Part shown: positions 1 through 11,501 of the stretch, piece after piece
Layout of the letters: every line of letters starts with the position of its first letter
Position numbering within the stretch: position 1 is the stretch's first letter
Assembly (NCBI GenBank): GCA_048128005.1
Contig: JBEUKZ010000082.1
Span: 62,001 to 126,000 of the forward strand
From: Veleropilina oligotropha
Taxonomy: Eukaryota
Length of the DNA: 64,000 nucleotides
Direction of reading: 5' to 3'
Translations under genes and position numbers: made by a program
The notes under the pieces: generated by a model
What the model saw: only the letters and a program-made list of their open reading frames with translations
Databases searched by the model: none
Told to the model about the DNA's origin: nothing

Positions 1-1015
1 CAGGCCTAGCCCAAGTTCAAAGATGGGATCGCTGGGTCAAAGGTCAAGGTCATTTTCGTGTATTTCCGTTCTGGCACTTCGAAGATTGCTTTCTGTCACA
101 TAGAAGATGAACCGCTGGACCTACAGCTTTCATCTTGGGTATGCACCTTGTATACCATCAGGCCTAGCCCAAGTTCAAAGATGGGGTCGCTGGGTCAAAG
201 GTCAAGGTCATTTTCGTGTATTTCCATTCTGGCACTTCAAAGATTGCTTTCTGTCACATAGAAGATGAACCGCTGGATCTACAGCTTTCATCTTGGGTAT
301 GCACCTTGTATACCATCAGGCCTAGCCCAAGTTCAAAGATGGGGTCGCTGGGTCAAAGGTCAAGGTCATTTTCGTGTATTTCCGTTCTGGCACTTCGAAG
401 ATTGCTTTCTGTCACATAGAAGATGAACCGCTGGACCTACAGCTTTCATCTTGGGTATGCACCTTGTATACCATCAGGCCTAGCCCAAGTTCAAAGATGG
501 GGTCGCTGGGTCAAAGGTCAAGGTCATTTTCGTGTATTTCCGTTCTGGCACTTCAAAGATTGCTTTCTGTCACATAGAAGATGAACCGCTGGACCTACAG
601 CTTTCATCTTGGGTATGCACCTTGTATACCATCAGGCCTAGCCCAAGTTCAAAGATGGGGTCGCTGGGTCAAAGGTCAAGGTCATTTTCGTGTATTTCCG
701 TTCTGGCACTTCGAAGATTGCTTTCTGTCACATAGAAGATGAACCGCTGGACCTACAGCTTTCATCTTGGGTATGAACCTTGTATACCATCAGGCCTAGC
801 CCAAGTTCAAAGATGGGGTCGCTGGGTCAAAGGTCAAGGTCATTTTCGTGTATTTCCATTCTGGCACTTCGAAGATTGCTTTCTGTCACATAGAAGATGA
901 ACCGCTGGACCTACAGCTTTCATCTTGGGTATGCACCTTGTATACCATCAGGCCTTGGTTAAGTTCAAAAATGGAGTCTCTGGGTCAAAGGTCAAGGTCA
1001 TTTTCGGGCACTTTG
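1..1015. repeat. 158-bp tandem array (about 6.4 units, runs off the window start), probably internal to a Helentron/HINE-like element in a syndecan intron
   Basis: Near-identical units recur every 158 bp (ORFs at 58, 216, 374, 532). Each unit contains GGGTCAAAGGTCAAGGTCA. The last unit is diverged. Confidence 0.95.
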
Positions 1016-1979
1016 AAGATATAGAGTTATTGATTATTTTCCTCTCTATGGATTTATATATCCAAAAGGCAGGCCTGTATGAGGATTATACCTCTAGTTT
1101 GTTATTATGATGAGAGGGACATATGCTTATCTGTAAGACTTGCTCACTGCCAACAGGCATAGTAAGCTGTTAAGCTTAACTCGAACCGAGCTTGCATTCC
1201 TCAGATCAGGCTGTAATAAAATTATAGAAACATTAGGTCATTCAGAATAGGAATGTTTCTAGTTTACAGAATAATATAATATTACTTCATCTTGTTAGTT
1301 ATAAATGGATGCACGTGTGCACATATGTGTGTGCGTGCACATGAATGTGCGTGTGTGTATATATATTTATATATATAAATAAATATAAGCATAACTTTTC
1401 TAGTATATATTCACATGCAATAAAATAACTAATTTAGAAATTATACTTATTATATAACGTTCTTGTCATGTCAAACAGAGGTACGTCACACAAATGCATT
1501 TCCATATCAATGACGTCGTGCAAAAGAGGTCAAGTACAGAAATGCAAACATTGCTTGTAAATACCAGTGTTCAATCAAATGCTACATGTAATAGCAGTTC
1601 GTAATTAGTCGATAAACATTTATTGTGTAATCAAATATATTTACCATTTTCTTATGTAATTAATATCAGCTGATCGATATCAGCTGATCAATGTAGGGGG
1701 CGTGGCATTCAAGGTCAATCCATTGACCAGTGCTGTCCTGTTGACCTATGCTGGCTGACCTCATTCAGTATGGAGACAATGATGAACTGATGTTTAACAA
1801 CTACGGCAACAGTGAGATGAAGAGAGAGGGGGAGGGAGAAGAGGTCTTACATTACAATGTTTTGAACAGCACTGCATGTTAGGTAGTACTTGAAATGTCA
1901 GCTTTTCAAATTTGAAGCGGGGATGGGCGAGACATATAATTCCGCCGAATTTCTTGTCATAATGTGTCCATTATTTCAG

Positions 1980-2034
1980 GATAGCGGTGAGGAGGCTGGC
2001 GAAGAACCCATCGACGATTCAGTAGAAGTGACAG
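1980..2034 (+). CDS. SDC: Syndecan internal ectodomain exon (DSGEEAGEEPIDDSVEVT)
   Basis: tttcag acceptor and G|gtacgg donor. Only one frame is open; it is acidic and has a Ser-Gly dipeptide. It ends in phase 1, matching the next exon. Confidence 0.65.
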
Positions 2035-4697
2035 GTACGGTAACACTGATCGCCTGAAGTCGTTACTGCATGTATTGAAGGCTATATTATAAGTTGTCGG
2101 CATTGCCCGAGGGGAATATGGGTCTATGTACCTGTTTGTGATAATTTATTAACCGAGACGAAGTCGAGGTTAATAAATTCTCACAAACGGTCCATAGACC
2201 CATATTTCACGAGGGCTATGCCGACAACAAATTTATCTTACTTCAATATAATAAAATCAAGCCTTATGAACAAGTTTCTTTTCCAACTTCGTAACTCCGT
2301 GAAAGAATCCATTTTATATATGCTATTGTTGTTACGAAAAAAACGCGTTCCTAAAATAATGTTTTCAGCTCGACCGAAGATCATGTGTAAAACTCGTGTT
2401 CAATATACAAAATATTCCTTCCGTTATAACTGTGATATTTTAGCATAATTGGCATGATTATTGAAAAATATACAAAGTATGTTTGTGGCAAATACATCCA
2501 TACCAATATACATTATATAAAATATTGAAGATATTCTGACGCGCCCATTAGAATGAAACAATAATGCCTAGCAACCGTCACTCTCCAGGCAGAGAAATTA
2601 AGAATATTCCGTACAGTACGATAAAGAAATGACGTCTTTGCGCAGGAGAATAATAGGAAGTCTAAGTAAACACCAAAATTAGCTAAATAAGGATAATTGG
2701 ATATTCATTTTACATGAAAATGTCAAAAGTGTAAACCGTTACGACTATAAAATGAAATTGATGCAAAATTTTCGAAACTATGGACGATTCCAAGACTTAA
2801 CATTTGCATTGATGTTTTGGCAGACGACATGTTCACAATTACCTCCGTTGTCTTCGAGGGCGCTCCAAATCACAATAGTACACACAACTACGTAAGGTAT
2901 AAATAATTCATATACCCCGCCTGGGTGGAACGTTAACCAATCAGATTGCAGTATTAAGAGCTAAAGTAAGATAAGTTCAAATGTTTCCTGTGCAATATTA
3001 ATCCGCTTTCCATAAATTTGGAGTATTTCATATTTTGTAATTATTTATGTTGAATTCATATTATTTTTCACTTGAATAGGTTTGTGATATGGCTTGTAAT
3101 AAAATTATTCCACATGCGGATAAGATTTATAATATTAGTCATTGACCCCCGTGAACTGGTGGACTAGAGTACTTAATTGGCGCCGTTAGAGCGAAATATT
3201 AAGAAATAATGAATCCATTAATTTTGTGGATAGATTCCTTGGGGCGTACAAAGCCAGATCGTCACGGGAGGCACTTTAAAATGTTGTGTTAATGTGATAT
3301 CTCAAGACAGAATTGACAGAGTTCGTTTATATTTGATGAGAACATCAGATGGCTATGGCAACTTTGACCTCATGTTCAAGGTCACAGGATGGAAATTGAC
3401 AATATTGTATCTATAGTTATGTTTTTAGCACAATATCTCAAGACTTAGTTTTATACAATGTATATGATTATATTTGACGGGTATCTACCTTTGGGGCTTT
3501 CTCAGTCCCTAGTTGACCCGGTGATGGCTTGTAACCACACTAGTGCAGGGGCGTATATTCCCCTACGCAAAAACGCACGTGCGTACACATTTTTCAGAGT
3601 GAGATTTTTTTTTTTTCGAATATTTTTTGTTCGAATATTTTCGTAGGTACCGTAATTGTCTCGCCCCGTTCGAATAATCTATATTATATAGCAACAATGA
3701 ACTGCACTAATCGTCAAACGGAAACAGACGAACGATAAACAGCGTTACATGCCCCTGTGTGATCGAATACGCGACCTGACATCACGCATTTCGGTAATAT
3801 AAAGTCCGCGAAGACGGTAGCGCGTAACTTATGGCTATGTCACGCATAATATTCAACCAATGAAATTGTCAGGAGGGTTTGCTGGTCAATCTTTACCATG
3901 GTCGATTTCGCGAATAATTATTGCTTGCAAAGTTGGCCCTAGCTATTTCGTTCATTAGTTTTGTAAGCGTAATCAATAAAGACATTTCATTGCGAGATTT
4001 CCGGATATGTATAAACTAGGCCTATATGCAACATATTAGATAATCGTACCGAATGTTCAATCAATATCATTAATGATTTGTGGCATTGGCTAGACAATTA
4101 CTGCAGTTGAACAAGTTCTTTCGTTATCTTATCAGCGATTCGCCGTCAGAATCCCCCCCCCCCCCCTAGAACACTTGTAAACCATGTCCGTAATATAGTG
4201 TCTGTAAAAAATAGTATTGAACAAACGAAGTACCGTACGTAGTCAATTTATATTCCAGAATTCAGGAAAATATGTGGGTGAATACTAATATTATCGAATA
4301 TTTATTTTAACATGTTTTTAATAATTTCTGCTCTCCAAACATGAAATTTTGAGGCAAACAAAAATGTCAATTTTTGTCCTAGAATGCAGGAGAACGCTTC
4401 TCAGAGCTTCTAAATTAAAAAAATCTTGGGGGCATGCCCCCAAACCCCCCTAAATATTCGCGGCCTACGGCCGCTCAATCTTCGCGGCCTTCGGCCGCTC
4501 ACGTGGCTATCTCTTTCTTGCCATATGAGGTGCCCTTGGTTAATGATACCCCCCTAACATCAAAATGCTTGCGACGCCCCTGATAAATGTGCGTACACTT
4601 TTTTTTCCATTGAACAATAAAGACAGCCATTCATGAATCTAGCTATGCCATGGTATGAACCATCTATGGTTCACTTTCTACCGCATGACAACTGACC

Positions 4698-4900
4698 TCG
4701 ATAGTTCAACTGGTCTGCTGGTAGAGCATCGGGAAAATGTCAAATCAGATTAGAAAGTAGGATGTGGGTTCGATTCCAACTCGGGAGTGGCTTATTCTAA
4801 CCCATAAAACTAAAAGTAGGGATAGCTTTTAAAAAACCATTACCCATATGCATGCTGCAGATACAGCTGAAAAATGTGGTCGTAAAATAAACTGATTAAC
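4698..4900 (+). mobile_element. Second tRNA-derived SINE family (related copy at about 22095-22330)
   Basis: TAGTTCAACTGG A-box, GGTTCGATTCC B-box and a GATACAGCTGAAAAAT...GTCGTAAAA tail shared between the copies. Confidence 0.6.
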
Positions 4901-5117
4901 CCGACATCACTACATGTATGGTTTTGGCCGCTTTGACGGTCGTGTGGTTTCGATTGCATACTCTGAAAAATCACTGGCCTCATTCCTCTCATATGAAAAG
5001 TAATGGGTTCGAATTTCGATTGGAACAGGATTATTTGTTCAAGATATGAATGCGTAACTGACCGGAGATGGTGGGTTTCCCCGGGCGACCAAACTTTCCT
5101 CCTGCGATAATATGGAC

Positions 5118-7915
5118 CAGGATACGAAATTAACATAGGATAGCCGACCCACGCCGGTTATTTTTACCGGGGGCCGGTTAAAATTCCTAGTAACTGGTCC
5201 AGAAGGGCCGGTTATTTATCCAGCAAAAAGAAAGGTTTTCATCGGAACGGATTATCGCGGGCCTAAAATCTAATTGATTTAAATAAAATATTTTAAATTT
5301 CCAATACAATTGTTGTTTATTGATAATTGTTACTTACTAAAGCTCATCACCAGTTTACAATGGACACGGCGATGTTTGTCAAGGGAGATAATTTAGTCAC
5401 TGAACCTTGATTAGAACTTGCGCGAAAACGAGGTTCAGTGCAATACCAGTACTGTTGTATGAATGTCGACATTCGTTTGAAAGTAGATGCGCTCATTTGT
5501 TTCCGACGTTTCATGTGTACTATGGAAAAGGACGATTCAGCTTATGGCGCATCTCGCAAAACGTGTTTTGTTTTTAACAATGCTGTTTGAAGAATACTAG
5601 CGAATTCAGATGAAGACTAATTAATTTGTCAATCCTGAAACAAATGGACACCAGTAAATAATTTAACACAATTTATTTTTAAAATATGAAATTAATTCTT
5701 AGTTATTATTTTATTTCAAAACCACCATACCAGAAAATTTGAAGTTGTGTTGCTTGGATTACATTGATTGTAAATTTAATGATGTCATGAGGTGGAGACT
5801 AGTTTGAGGCGCGTAGTTGCGCTCGCGCGCTATGATCAGAATTTGCGAGAGTCAAAAGTTGCGCGTCTATAAACGATATGATAAATCAATAAATGAACTT
5901 ATAAAATTGTGTTTCCTTTCACTTCCAACACTTTAATACAGCTAATATCGTTTGCGGCGTCGCAGCAATCTTCAACTGTTATCCGACATGTTGGATTTTG
6001 ACTTTGTCGTGTTCTCGCAGCGAGTGTATCAAATACACTTTGCCTATTTCCGTACATTGCCGAGAAGCGGTTTTCGGAACTCTTTGGTGTTTTTTCGCAC
6101 TGCTTAATGCAGTCACTTAATCGTCGGTCATTTTCGCTATATTCCGGTTTTAACACGAACAGTCTTGAGCGACTTTCACGCTAACCACGCGGAGACTCTC
6201 TCACTGATTTAGTAACAGTTACGATGAAATAAATATTTAAAAACGAGAAAAATAACAGTTTTAGTAACTAAAGTAAGTTGTATATGAAATTATAATGCGT
6301 TTTAACCTAACATACGTATAGAATGCAAAGCGCATTACATTTCTGTAATAACAAGGGAGATAATACAGTGTGACGACTGCAGTAAACAGCTAGGCTACGA
6401 AATGAAACTATATTAATTTTGAAAGGTGAAAGTCGATTTCGTGATTAAACTTGTGTGAAATTTTCAAATTATCAAACATTAAGTGAGCATATCAATATAG
6501 CCTATTCCAAATATCCATCGAAGTGTTCTAGTTGCAAACAAAATTGCATTGCTAACATAGTACATGCACAACAGGTAGGCCTATCAAGCAAGAAAATGTC
6601 TAAAATAATTACATAAAGAATATATATTACTGATTGATATTGATTGGATAATTTAATTGTGAAAAGCTTGGCTACATGTTATGTCTAGGTAAACTTGATA
6701 TGTTGCAAATTTTGTATCATTTACATAAGTCCATCAAGCTGGTTTCAATATCATGGACCATAGTTGATAATTAAATATAAAGAAAATCACCATTATAAGC
6801 CAATGCTCCATATTATTATATTGTATAAAATTTAATCACACAATATATACCCAGCGTCGTTTCTTTTGCGAGAGTAATTGCTCTCCTTGGCATTTTCAGG
6901 AGAGTAATTCAGCACTGTATATCATATGTTGACCTGACAAATAATGTGTTTATTCATTATTTATTGTTCCATAATCAATTCATGATTTTTAGCCGGGTTT
7001 TTGGAGAAAATCCCGGCTATTGAATTGGCGAAAGCCGGGCGGGCGGGCGGGCGGCGTCCACAATGTTAAGTTTTCGTGTTTAAGTCCATTTCTCAATCAC
7101 TGTAATGGCTATGACTACGAAACTTGGACAACATCATCTGCTAGTGGTGTACATCAGAAACTGCAATACGTCATATGACCTTTCTTTCACCTTGACCTAC
7201 TTTTTCCACATCGATTACTTAGTCATTTTCAACGTTAAGTTTTCGTGTTTACATCCATTTCTCAATCGCTGTAATGGCTATGACCACGAAACTTGGACAA
7301 CATCATCTGGTAGTGGTGTACATCATAAACTGCAATACGTCATATGACCTTCCTTTCACCTTGACCTACTTTTTCCACATTCATTACTTAGTCATTTTCA
7401 ACGTAAGTTTTCGTGTTTAAGATCATTTCTCAATCACTGTAATGGATATGACCACGAAACTTGGGACAACATCATCTGCTAGTGGTGTACATCAGAAACT
7501 GCAATACGTCATATGACCTTCCTTTCACCTTGACCTACTTTTTCCGCATCAATGACTTAGTCATTTTCAATGTTCACTTTCAAAAATTTCAGCAGCATCT
7601 GACTGGCTATACGAAAACCCGGCTTTCGTGGCTTTGCCTCGTTTCTTGTCTACATATGCGACGATGTTATTATCACAATTACTGATATCTCTTTTAACTC
7701 TTCACCAAATTTGCTTGTGCTGTCACATAATGTTGATGCCACTGTCAAAGTATTTCATCAAACACATTAATTTGAAATAAAATCATATGCTTCTAGTGCG
7801 CATTGGTATTTTTATCTGGGCTGGCTAAGTTTTTGTGTGGCTGGCTAAAAATGTCACTGGGCCTGTTAAAAAATCTGACTGGGCCGGGTGGGATACATGC
7901 TAATTTCGCACCCTG
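5118..7915. mobile_element. Non-autonomous hAT-like DNA element with 5-bp TSD, inserted in a SINE
   Basis: TIRs CAGGATACGAAATTAACAT and ATGCTAATTTCGCACCCTG, flanked by TGGAC on both sides. SINE sequence continues across the junctions. Confidence 0.85.
6986..7649 (+). mobile_element. Helentron/HINE-like element with about 3 x 168-bp tandem units, nested in the hAT-like element
   Basis: 5' TTTT plus hairpin (agccggg...cccggct), a (GGGC)n microsatellite, units at 7066/7234/7402 and a CTTGT end. Confidence 0.75.
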
Positions 7916-8034
7916 TGGACATGTCCAGCTTTGAACCTAATGGTTGGAAATATACAGGACATTAAGCATCAATCCTTTCGTTTCATGCTTGCCCATGTTT
8001 TCCATTCTGCAGCCATTGTGTTTTCCATTTACAG

Positions 8035-8133
8035 GCGAACCAGAAGTAACGAAAAGCCAAGAGGAACTAGAGGATACGACAAACATAAAATACCAAAAAA
8101 CACCGATTACGCAGAAGCCGGGACTGTTAGCAG
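8035..8133 (+). CDS. SDC: Syndecan juxtamembrane exon (GEPEVTKSQEELEDTTNIKYQKTPITQKPGLLA)
   Basis: tttacag acceptor and G|gtgggt donor, phase 1-1. Joining it to the last exon gives PGLLAAIVGGAVVGLL, the typical protostome syndecan TM start. Confidence 0.88.
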
Positions 8134-8324
8134 GTGGGTTCACGGTGGTGCAATATTTGTACACACAAAAGATTAGTGGTCATTTGAAAATGCACATATG
8201 CAGGTGTTGTAACGAGAGAACGGTGTATGCCGGACGTAAAGACTTAAGTTATATGCCCTGACAAAGTTACTGCTGTTGTTTTGACTATTTAAACTTTGCT
8301 CTTTGGTAGAGCACGAATATGTTG

Positions 8325-10063
8325 TATAGGCCTTTCCCATAACGTGATTTGTCTCCCCCTGCCAATTACTGATTACGACCTACTGCGCGTGTGCACAGCG
8401 ATAGGCTGCATTTCCGGGAAGTGTCATTCGAAGCCGCACTGACTAACGAAACAAGCAAAATGCCGACAAACCTGAGATATTGCTGTATTTGTAGCAACCA
8501 TTCACCCAATCGACCCCCTGTCAACTATAATATACATCCATAATGTGCACATTATGATTTATTTAATTATATTAGGCCCAATTGCAATTGCGTACATCGT
8601 TTTTTAGTTCGCGGAAGTCGGGATCACAAATATTGAATTCGCGAAACCGTTCTAATTACACGAACTAAATCCAACTGGTAGCATGCAAATATGATAAACA
8701 ATACAAATATATAATGAATTATGTTATCTTTATTTTGTAATAATTATTTTTATTGCGCTAAATAGTGTCCTTGTCGGTTCCGTTGTGTGCGAAAATCGCA
8801 ATCGTTTGACGATGCCGCTCCGAAAGCGTTTCACGGCGCCGTTCAACAATACGGCACAGTAAACGAACGGCAATCTACCTCAAAAATGGTCCAACGAACC
8901 TCGATCATCGATCATCTACAGTACATTATAGTATATACATTATTATGAATTAAATTAATATTTTGAGCCAAATTGCAATTGCGAACATTGCTTTTGAGTC
9001 CGTCGGAAGTCGGGATCGCAAATGTTGAATTCGCGAAACGGTTTAAACGAACTAAATCCAACTGGTAGCATGAAAATATGATAGACAACACAAATATATA
9101 TAATGAATTATGTTATCTTTATTTTGTAATAATTATTATTCCAACACGAGGAAAGGATAATCGTTGTAAACTTCAAACCATATTTCATAGTTCATTACTT
9201 TATTTCTCTGAGAAGTATCAATATATCTACTTAACTATCAACAAAGTTTAGTTCAAGCAAGTTGCTTAATGTTATGCGATTGTTTTGACTGGAGTTCGAC
9301 CGTTGGAGATGTGCCAAAAGTGAACCTCTGATCTCGAAACCGAGCCTTATATGGCGTATGCCGACGAGCACAAAGTATGAGGAAGCAGCAAGTGAACCTT
9401 TGATCTCGAAACCGAGCCTTATATGGCGTACGCCGACGAGCACAAAGTATGATCAATGACGTGTTCACCAGGCACAAAACGACATCATTATTGATAAATA
9501 TTATACGCATGACGAAATAAGTTTTATCTGTTTAACGTATACATATGTTCTTTTGTTAAACTGCAGTCGTTTCGCGAATTCAACATTTGCGTTCCCGACT
9601 TTCGAAGAATTAAAAACGATGTACGCAATTGCAATCAGGCTCAAATTACTGATTTAATTCATAAATTAATAATGTATATATTATATATGGCTGAGGTTCA
9701 TTTGACCAATTTTGAGGTAGATGGGTGTTCGTTTACTGTGCGGCTGCCGTATTGTTGAACGGCGTCGTAAAACGTTTTCGATGTGCGCACATAACGGAAT
9801 CGACAAGGACAATATATTATACAGTCAATAAAAATAATTATTACCAAATAAAGATAACCTAATTCATTATATATTTGTGTTGTCTATAATATATATAATT
9901 TTTATTAATTAGAGCCGTTTAGTTGAATTCAACATTTGCGCTCTGCTCTCTGTTTACAATGTGCTTGCCGCGGGCGGTTTAGTAAACACTTCCCGGAAAT
10001 GGTAGTTGAAGGCAGCGCTAGTAGCGGGCAAGGGGAGTGATTACGTTATGGGAAAGGCCTATA
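8325..10063. mobile_element. Foldback-type non-autonomous DNA transposon (possibly PIF/ISL2EU-like)
   Basis: 21-bp TIR TATAGGCCTTTCCCATAACGT. Internal blocks are repeated directly (about 8570 and 8960) and inverted (about 9570-9890). A two-unit repeat of about 71 bp lies at 9320-9450. Confidence 0.85.
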
Positions 10064-10207
10064 GGGGCATGCCACTGCGTACTGATCAATATACATGCAT
10101 TTGGCAGAATTTCCAATTGCGTTGACTTACGTTTATATCATCAACCAATATTGCTAATCTCTTCTATAAATGTCAACAAAAAAACATACAAAAAATCTAT
10201 CATGAAT

Positions 10208-10574
10208 TAGACCCTGCAGAATTATGCGCTAATTTTCGTTAAATTATGCGAAAATGAAACAGCATATTATGCATCAAGATTAATGATATTATGCAATAAT
10301 ATGTACCCAAATTAATGAAAATATGCAATAATTTGCTGCAAATTAATTAAATTATGCAATATAATGCAAATAGGTGTTATTTACGAGGTCAAACAAAAGT
10401 GTTTCACTAAATAAATATGCTTGAAATTATCATTTATTTGGAAATTTATAGGATTCTGTCATGTTATGGTGGAAAAATGATAAATTATGCACACAAAAGT
10501 CGAAATATTGCGATTATACGGTCCTTTCTAAATTATGCGAAAATTATGCAAATCGCATAATTCCGCGGGGTCTA
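10208..10574. mobile_element. MITE with TAG...CTA termini and 6-bp TSD
   Basis: TIRs TAGACCCTGCAGAATT and AATTCCGCGGGGTCTA. TSD ATGAAT. Many internal ATTATGC motifs. Confidence 0.85.
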
Positions 10575-11337
10575 ATGAATATATACCCAAATTCAAGGTT
10601 ATTTGCGACTTGTATGCCCATTTTTGGGAGGTAGTAGGTTGTTAACCACTGGGCAGGCGGATAGAGATTGTCGCCATGATAAATTTTCAGGCAATCTTCG
10701 AGATAAATATATTTGTAATGATAAGATCCAGGCCAAGTTTAATAACCAGCTCATCGGACAGTTATAACCAGAGTATTTATGCTCCTTGAATTCTGTAAAA
10801 TTTACCTCGTGTGCAATATGCGATCGATGACTCCATCAAATTTCATCCCTCTTCATTGACATGTCGAATCTCTACGACCCTTGAATTATGTGAAATGAAC
10901 ATTGATCTTTCGTTAAATCGAGGAATTTTTTGCCAAGTTTTACTACAATTGTCAATAGAATCTCGGGCAAGTTCACCAACCAGCAAGATCGGACCTACGG
11001 CCCTTAAGTAAAATTAACAGGCCCTCGATAACTCAATATGTTTACCACAATAGGCTAAGTGCCAATTGCAACAACCAGCAAGAGTTATGTTCCTTGATTT
11101 GTGTCTGATCGATGATTGGAACAAATATTGTCCAATCTTTACCAAACTTGTCGTCAAGTTGTGCTGAAATACAAAATTGTTTATTTCTTTGGCAAATATT
11201 TTGTTCATAACTTCATGATCAGCAGAACATGACTTGCAAATTTTGACCTGGGTCTCTAGTTTTATCTTCAATCAAATATTTACATCTAAAACATAATGCT
11301 ACAAATGTTTATTTTGCCTTTGTTTTTCTCGTTTCAG

Positions 11338-11501
11338 CCATTGTAGGTGGCGCCGTTGTCGGCTTGCTCTGTGCCATTTTACTCGTAATGTTTATTGTGT
11401 ATCGCACGCGCAAGAAGGACGAAGGGAGCTATCCACTGGACGAACCACGGCCCCGAAACTACCCATACACAAAGGCTCCCGACAAGGAATTCTACGCATG
11501 A
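11338..11501 (+). CDS. SDC: Syndecan terminal coding exon: TM helix plus cytoplasmic C1-V-C2 tail
   Basis: Translates to AIVGGAVVGLLCAILLVMFIVYRTRKKDEGSYPLDEPRPRNYPYTKAPDKEFYA*. It has the GxxxG TM motif, KKDEGSY and the EFYA PDZ-binding end. The acceptor is a polypyrimidine tract plus ttcag. Confidence 0.97.

Noticed and set aside
58..735. Four near-identical 67-aa ORFs, or a CRISPR-like array
   Set aside because: They are by-products of a 158-bp tandem repeat. There are no unique spacers or cas genes, and the context is eukaryotic.
4698..4790. tRNA gene
   Set aside because: A and B boxes are present but there is no clean cloverleaf. It continues into a SINE body shared with about 22095-22330.
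7944..8261. 105-aa ORF as a standalone gene
   Set aside because: Only 8035-8133 is exon. The rest is SINE tail and intron.
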